This document shows positions 60,371-64,000 of a DNA stretch of 64,000 nt, piece after piece. The position numbers were made by a program, and so were the translations under genes. The notes beneath the pieces were generated by a model. It had not been told where the DNA came from, did no database searches, and was given only the letters and a program-made list of their open reading frames with translations. The stretch is from NCBI GenBank assembly GCA_963740085.1, contig CAVUCU010000007.1, forward strand, positions 128,001 to 192,000, in the 5' to 3' direction. Positions within the stretch are counted from its first letter, which is position 1. Each line of letters opens with the position of its first letter. The DNA is from Nitrospirota bacterium. Its GTDB lineage: Bacteria > Nitrospirota > UBA9217.

Positions 60371-60398
60371 AAGCCACCGTCAGCAGCCGGTGGCTTTT
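60371..60398 (+). terminator. Rho-independent terminator
   Basis: AAGCCACCG-loop-CGGTGGCTTTT. Confidence 0.65.
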
Positions 60399-60476
60399 CT
60401 CAATGGTGGATCACCGTTCCAGCAATGGCTTTCCCGACTGCCTCTTTCGACCTGCTATACTCGCAGGTGAAAAAGG

Positions 60477-60755
60477 TCACCCGCTTGTCATCAACTCAAG
60501 CTCTTCCAGAAACCGCAGCGCATGCTCCCGGTTCGTTCCGCAGGATTCCGACGCCTGGTAAGAACGACAAATTGCGGGCCGTCCGAGCTGGCCGTAGATT
60601 CCACAGAGGTTGTCCGGGGTAAGTTGGATGCACCGGACGCCCGCGGGTTTTCCTTCCGGCATGCCCGGAATCCGCGACGAAAGCGAGGGCGCAATGCAGC
60701 AGGCGCCGCACCCGATGCGGCAAGAGATTTGTTCTCTCTCGTGGATACTGTTCAT
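60477..60755 (-). CDS. YkgJ family cysteine-cluster protein
   Basis: CRIGCGACC, GKPAGVRC, RPAIC. Confidence 0.85.
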   Translation of the reverse strand: MNSIHEREQISCRIGCGACCIAPSLSSRIPGMPEGKPAGVRCIQLTPDNLCGIYGQLGRPAICRSYQASESCGTNREHALRFLEELELMTSG

Positions 60756-60900
60756 AATAAGAAGTCGGTGTTCTTCATAAAAGTGGATGGTCCATGCGTG
60801 AATAAAGTGAATGCCAATGGATGACCACGGAGACACTGAGACCGGGGAAAGGCGCGGGAAACTCGGGTTCCGGAATCACGGTCGTACTCGGGGGGCATGA

Positions 60901-61929
60901 TCATAGGCCCGGAAGCTTACGCTTCTTGAACGTGGCGAGGCTCTTGACCTGCGCGAGCAACCTCTCGAATTCCCTGAAGTGAAGCGATTGGGCCCCGTCG
61001 GAAAGCGCATGCTCCGGATCAGGATGGATCTCAACCATGGCCCCGTGGGCTCCCACCACAACAGCGGCCAGCGCAGTGGGAAGCACGAGGTCTCTCTTTC
61101 CTGTTGCATGGCTCGGATCGAAGATGACCGGAAGATGGGTCATTTTTTTTACCAGGGGAATAATGGCAAGGTCCGCCGTATTCCTTGTCGCGGTTTCAAA
61201 TGTCCGTATACCTCGCTCGCACAGGACCACGTTGGGATTGCCGTGAAGCAGAATGTACTCGGCCGAACCAAACCACTCCTCGACCGTTGCCGAGAGACCG
61301 CGCTTCAGGATGACCGGTTTCCTGGTCTTGCCGACCTCGGTCAGAAGATCAAAGTTCTGCATGTTCCGCGCCCCGATCTGGAGGATATCGACTTTTTTCG
61401 CGACACGCTCCACGTGCTCGGGACTCACGATCTCGGTAACGACGAGCATGCCCGTCTCCTTCCTCACCTCATCGAGCAGTTCAAGTCCCCCCTCGCGGAG
61501 CCCCTGAAAGCTGTGCGGGCTCGTCCTCGGCTTGTACGCCCCGCCGCGCAGTACCGCAACTCCTCGCTTCCTGAGGAACTTTGCCGTTTTCATGAGCTGC
61601 TCTCTGCTCTCGACCGCGCAGGGACCTGCGATCATGAGGAAGGGCGATCTCCCGCCGACCGTGACCGTTCCGCCGAGGGAAACCACCGAATCCCTTGGAT
61701 GGAAGTCGCGGCTCACGAGCTTGTACGGCTTGGTTACATGAATGATCTCCCGGATCGCCTTGTTGTCCCGCAGCGGTGAATCGTCCACCCACCCCTGGTT
61801 CCCGATCACGCCGATGGCCGTACGCACGGCCCCGGGAATGGCAACGGGCTTGAGTCCCATCGTCGTGATGGTCTTCTTTATCTGTGAGATATCCCTGGCA
61901 CTCGCCGAATGATGGAGAACGATAAGCAT
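60901..61929 (-). CDS. aroF: DAHP synthase, class I-beta, with N-terminal regulatory domain
   Basis: IAGPCAVE, GGAYKPRTSP, QIGARNMQN, CERGIRTFE, DPSH. Confidence 0.93.
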   Translation of the reverse strand: MLIVLHHSASARDISQIKKTITTMGLKPVAIPGAVRTAIGVIGNQGWVDDSPLRDNKAIREIIHVTKPYKLVSRDFHPRDSVVSLGGTVTVGGRSPFLMIAGPCAVESREQLMKTAKFLRKRGVAVLRGGAYKPRTSPHSFQGLREGGLELLDEVRKETGMLVVTEIVSPEHVERVAKKVDILQIGARNMQNFDLLTEVGKTRKPVILKRGLSATVEEWFGSAEYILLHGNPNVVLCERGIRTFETATRNTADLAIIPLVKKMTHLPVIFDPSHATGKRDLVLPTALAAVVVGAHGAMVEIHPDPEHALSDGAQSLHFREFERLLAQVKSLATFKKRKLPGL

Positions 61930-61930
61930 A

Positions 61931-62155
61931 TCAAGATTCCCCTTTTTTTGATGATCGTTCCCGCATTCTGCGCACGGTTATGCTTTCGCCGCCGATCCCC
62001 CAGTTGTCGGTATCGACCTCTTCAATGACCACGACCGTGGTCCGCGGATCCTTGCCCAGCACATCCTTCAGCATTTTGGTAACGCCCTGGATCAGGCTCG
62101 CCTTCTGGTCCGCTGTTGCGCCTTCTCTGGTTATCTTGATATTGACGTACGGCAT
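61931..62155 (-). CDS. 4-oxalocrotonate tautomerase family protein
   Basis: N-terminal MP, NWGIGG. Confidence 0.9.
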   Translation of the reverse strand: MPYVNIKITREGATADQKASLIQGVTKMLKDVLGKDPRTTVVVIEEVDTDNWGIGGESITVRRMRERSSKKGES

Positions 62156-62185
62156 CGACACCTCCCGCGATTCTTCATGCGATCC

Positions 62186-62797
62186 TTAAATCGGGAGCTT
62201 GATTTTATACCGGATCGCGAACATCCGCAAGGTGAATGTTACCACGATGCAGGCCGTGACCGCCATGATCTCGTTTCCCGCGCCACGCACGACTGCAAGG
62301 TAGCACCAGGCCCCGATGAACGAGCACGTGGCGTACAGCTCCGTTCGCTGAAACACATAGGGGACCTCGTTGCAAACAATATCACGCATCACGCCGCCGA
62401 ATACCGCGGTGGTCACGCCGAGCAGGGTCGAGACGAATGCGGCGCAACCGAGTTTATCGGCAACTGACGCGCCCGAGGCGCTGAAAAATCCGAGGCCCAG
62501 CGCGTCAAGAACGAGTACGACCATGATCATCTTACTGTCCTTGAACTGCCCGGCGATCACCCCCGATGCCAGAAGTGACATGATCAGCAGCAGGACCGCA
62601 TATTCATAATGCTCGATCCAGAACAGCGGATGACGGTTCAGGATAAGGTCGCGCAGGGACCCGCCGCCGAAGGCCGTGATCATGGCCACAGAATAGACGC
62701 CGACAATGTCCATCCCCTTCTTCCGGGCTGCAGAGATGCCCGTAAGAGCGAAGGCGATGATGCCGAAGACCTCGACTGTTTTGATGAGCGTATTCAT
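62186..62797 (-). CDS. UPF0126/TRIC family membrane protein
   Basis: TAFGGGSLRD and TAVFGGVMRD repeats. Confidence 0.9.
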   Translation of the reverse strand: MNTLIKTVEVFGIIAFALTGISAARKKGMDIVGVYSVAMITAFGGGSLRDLILNRHPLFWIEHYEYAVLLLIMSLLASGVIAGQFKDSKMIMVVLVLDALGLGFFSASGASVADKLGCAAFVSTLLGVTTAVFGGVMRDIVCNEVPYVFQRTELYATCSFIGAWCYLAVVRGAGNEIMAVTACIVVTFTLRMFAIRYKIKLPI

Positions 62798-62955
62798 TGC
62801 GCGCCGGACAACTACGGGCGAGTATTGCAAAAAGCACAGGTCACGTCAAGTGATATTTCTTGAAATGAGATCGACGTCGCGGTGAGAAAAAAGGTTGGTC
62901 GCGATACTGAGTTCTGCTGATCAGCCTGATGGGTAAGCCCAGGCCGCCGTTTATC

Positions 62956-64000
62956 CTACCGGTCTTCCTGGTGTTCGTCCTCGACGGAATGCCCTTTGAT
63001 CCCCAGTTCCTTGATCTTTTTCCGGAGGGTATTCCGGTTGATGCCCAGCAGGCTCGCTGCCCGCACCTGGTTTCCTTCGGTCTTCTTGAGCACCAGGGTG
63101 ATGAGCGGCTTCTCCACGCGCTGAAGCACCATGGAGTAAATGTCTCCCCGCTCGAGCCCGCCCATGCGTTCCACAAGATCAGCGAGCTTCTCTTCGAGAA
63201 AATTCTCGAACGAGAGGTGGGCGCCCTGTCCCGGCTTGAAGATCTGAGGCGGCAGCGCGTCGGGGAATATCTTGTCGCCCTGTGACAGGGTGATGGCCCG
63301 CTGGATCGCGTTCTCAAGCTCGCGCACGTTGCCCGGCCAGTCGTACGCACGCAGGATCTTGATTGTCTCCGGGGTCAAAACCTTTTTTGTCACCCCGCTC
63401 GCCTGATATTTCTCCATGAAATATTCAGCAAGCTGAAGGATGTCATCTTTGCGTTTTCTGAGAGGCGGGATGTTGATCTGGATCACGTTGAGGCGATAGA
63501 ACAGGTCTTCCCGGAACCGCTTGTCGCGCACCGCTCTCTCGAGGTTGTGGTGGGTGGCCGCGAGGACGCGGACATCGGTCTTGATCGGCTCCGTACCGCC
63601 GACGCGCTCGAGCTCCTTTTCCTGGAGAACGCGCAGGAGCTTTCCCTGGAGCGGCAGGTCCATGTCGCCGATCTCGTCGAGGAACAGGGTCCCGCCTGCT
63701 GCGGCCTCGAACTTGCCGATCTTGCGGCCGATCGCTCCGGTAAACGCGCCCTTCTCGTGTCCGAACAGTTCGCTCTCGAGCAGCTCTGAAGGAATGGCTG
63801 CTGAATTCACGGGCACGAAAGGCCGGCCCGCTCGCTTGCTGTGATAGTGGATCGCGCGCGCAACCAATTCCTTGCCCGTGCCGCTTTCCCCGTGGATCAG
63901 GACCGTGGCATCGCTTTCCGCCACGCGGCCGATCGTCTTGTAGATCTCCTGCATGGAAGCCGTATTGCCGACAAGCCCTCCCTCATATTTCTCCCGCACC
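62956..64000 (-). CDS. NtrC-like sigma54 activator (5' part outside the window)
   Basis: [33 protein letters not shown]. Confidence 0.92.
   Translation of the reverse strand, partial: VREKYEGGLVGNTASMQEIYKTIGRVAESDATVLIHGESGTGKELVARAIHYHSKRAGRPFVPVNSAAIPSELLESELFGHEKGAFTGAIGRKIGKFEAAAGGTLFLDEIGDMDLPLQGKLLRVLQEKELERVGGTEPIKTDVRVLAATHHNLERAVRDKRFREDLFYRLNVIQINIPPLRKRKDDILQLAEYFMEKYQASGVTKKVLTPETIKILRAYDWPGNVRELENAIQRAITLSQGDKIFPDALPPQIFKPGQGAHLSFENFLEEKLADLVERMGGLERGDIYSMVLQRVEKPLITLVLKKTEGNQVRAASLLGINRNTLRKKIKELGIKGHSVEDEHQEDR

Overview
A GC-rich bacterial chromosomal segment. Gene content and style suggest an anaerobic Nitrospirota/Desulfobacterota-like organism (inference only). Main parts in order: (1) a LexA/UmuD-like gene and a Y-family polymerase separated by three unrelated genes. 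(2) An 11 kb Ser/Thr phospho-signalling cluster (5442-16388) with 2 Hanks kinases, 2 PP2C phosphatases, 4 FHA-containing proteins, 2 vWA-containing proteins and an FHA-input sigma54 activator; a sigma54 promoter and candidate enhancer sit at the head of its main operon. (3) Housekeeping genes: dcd, DAHP synthases, tsaD, two RhlE-like helicases and a cold-shock protein. (4) A 3.6 kb integrase-less islet bounded by a duplicated tsaD 3' end. (5) A PlsA/Ger-like 1402-aa enzyme. (6) An acetate locus (acs, symporter, DUF294/exonuclease) next to a CbrX/CbrA/CbrB-like system. (7) Envelope genes (BamA-like, SurA-like). Many intergenic gaps hold inverted repeats built from 7-, 8- or 9-bp periodic units. 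One of them (618-835) encloses what looks like an internally deleted GxxExxY nuclease gene, suggesting these palindromes are emptied copies of a small mobile cassette. No rRNA, tRNA or CRISPR array was recognised. All family assignments come from motif recognition by eye; no searches were run.
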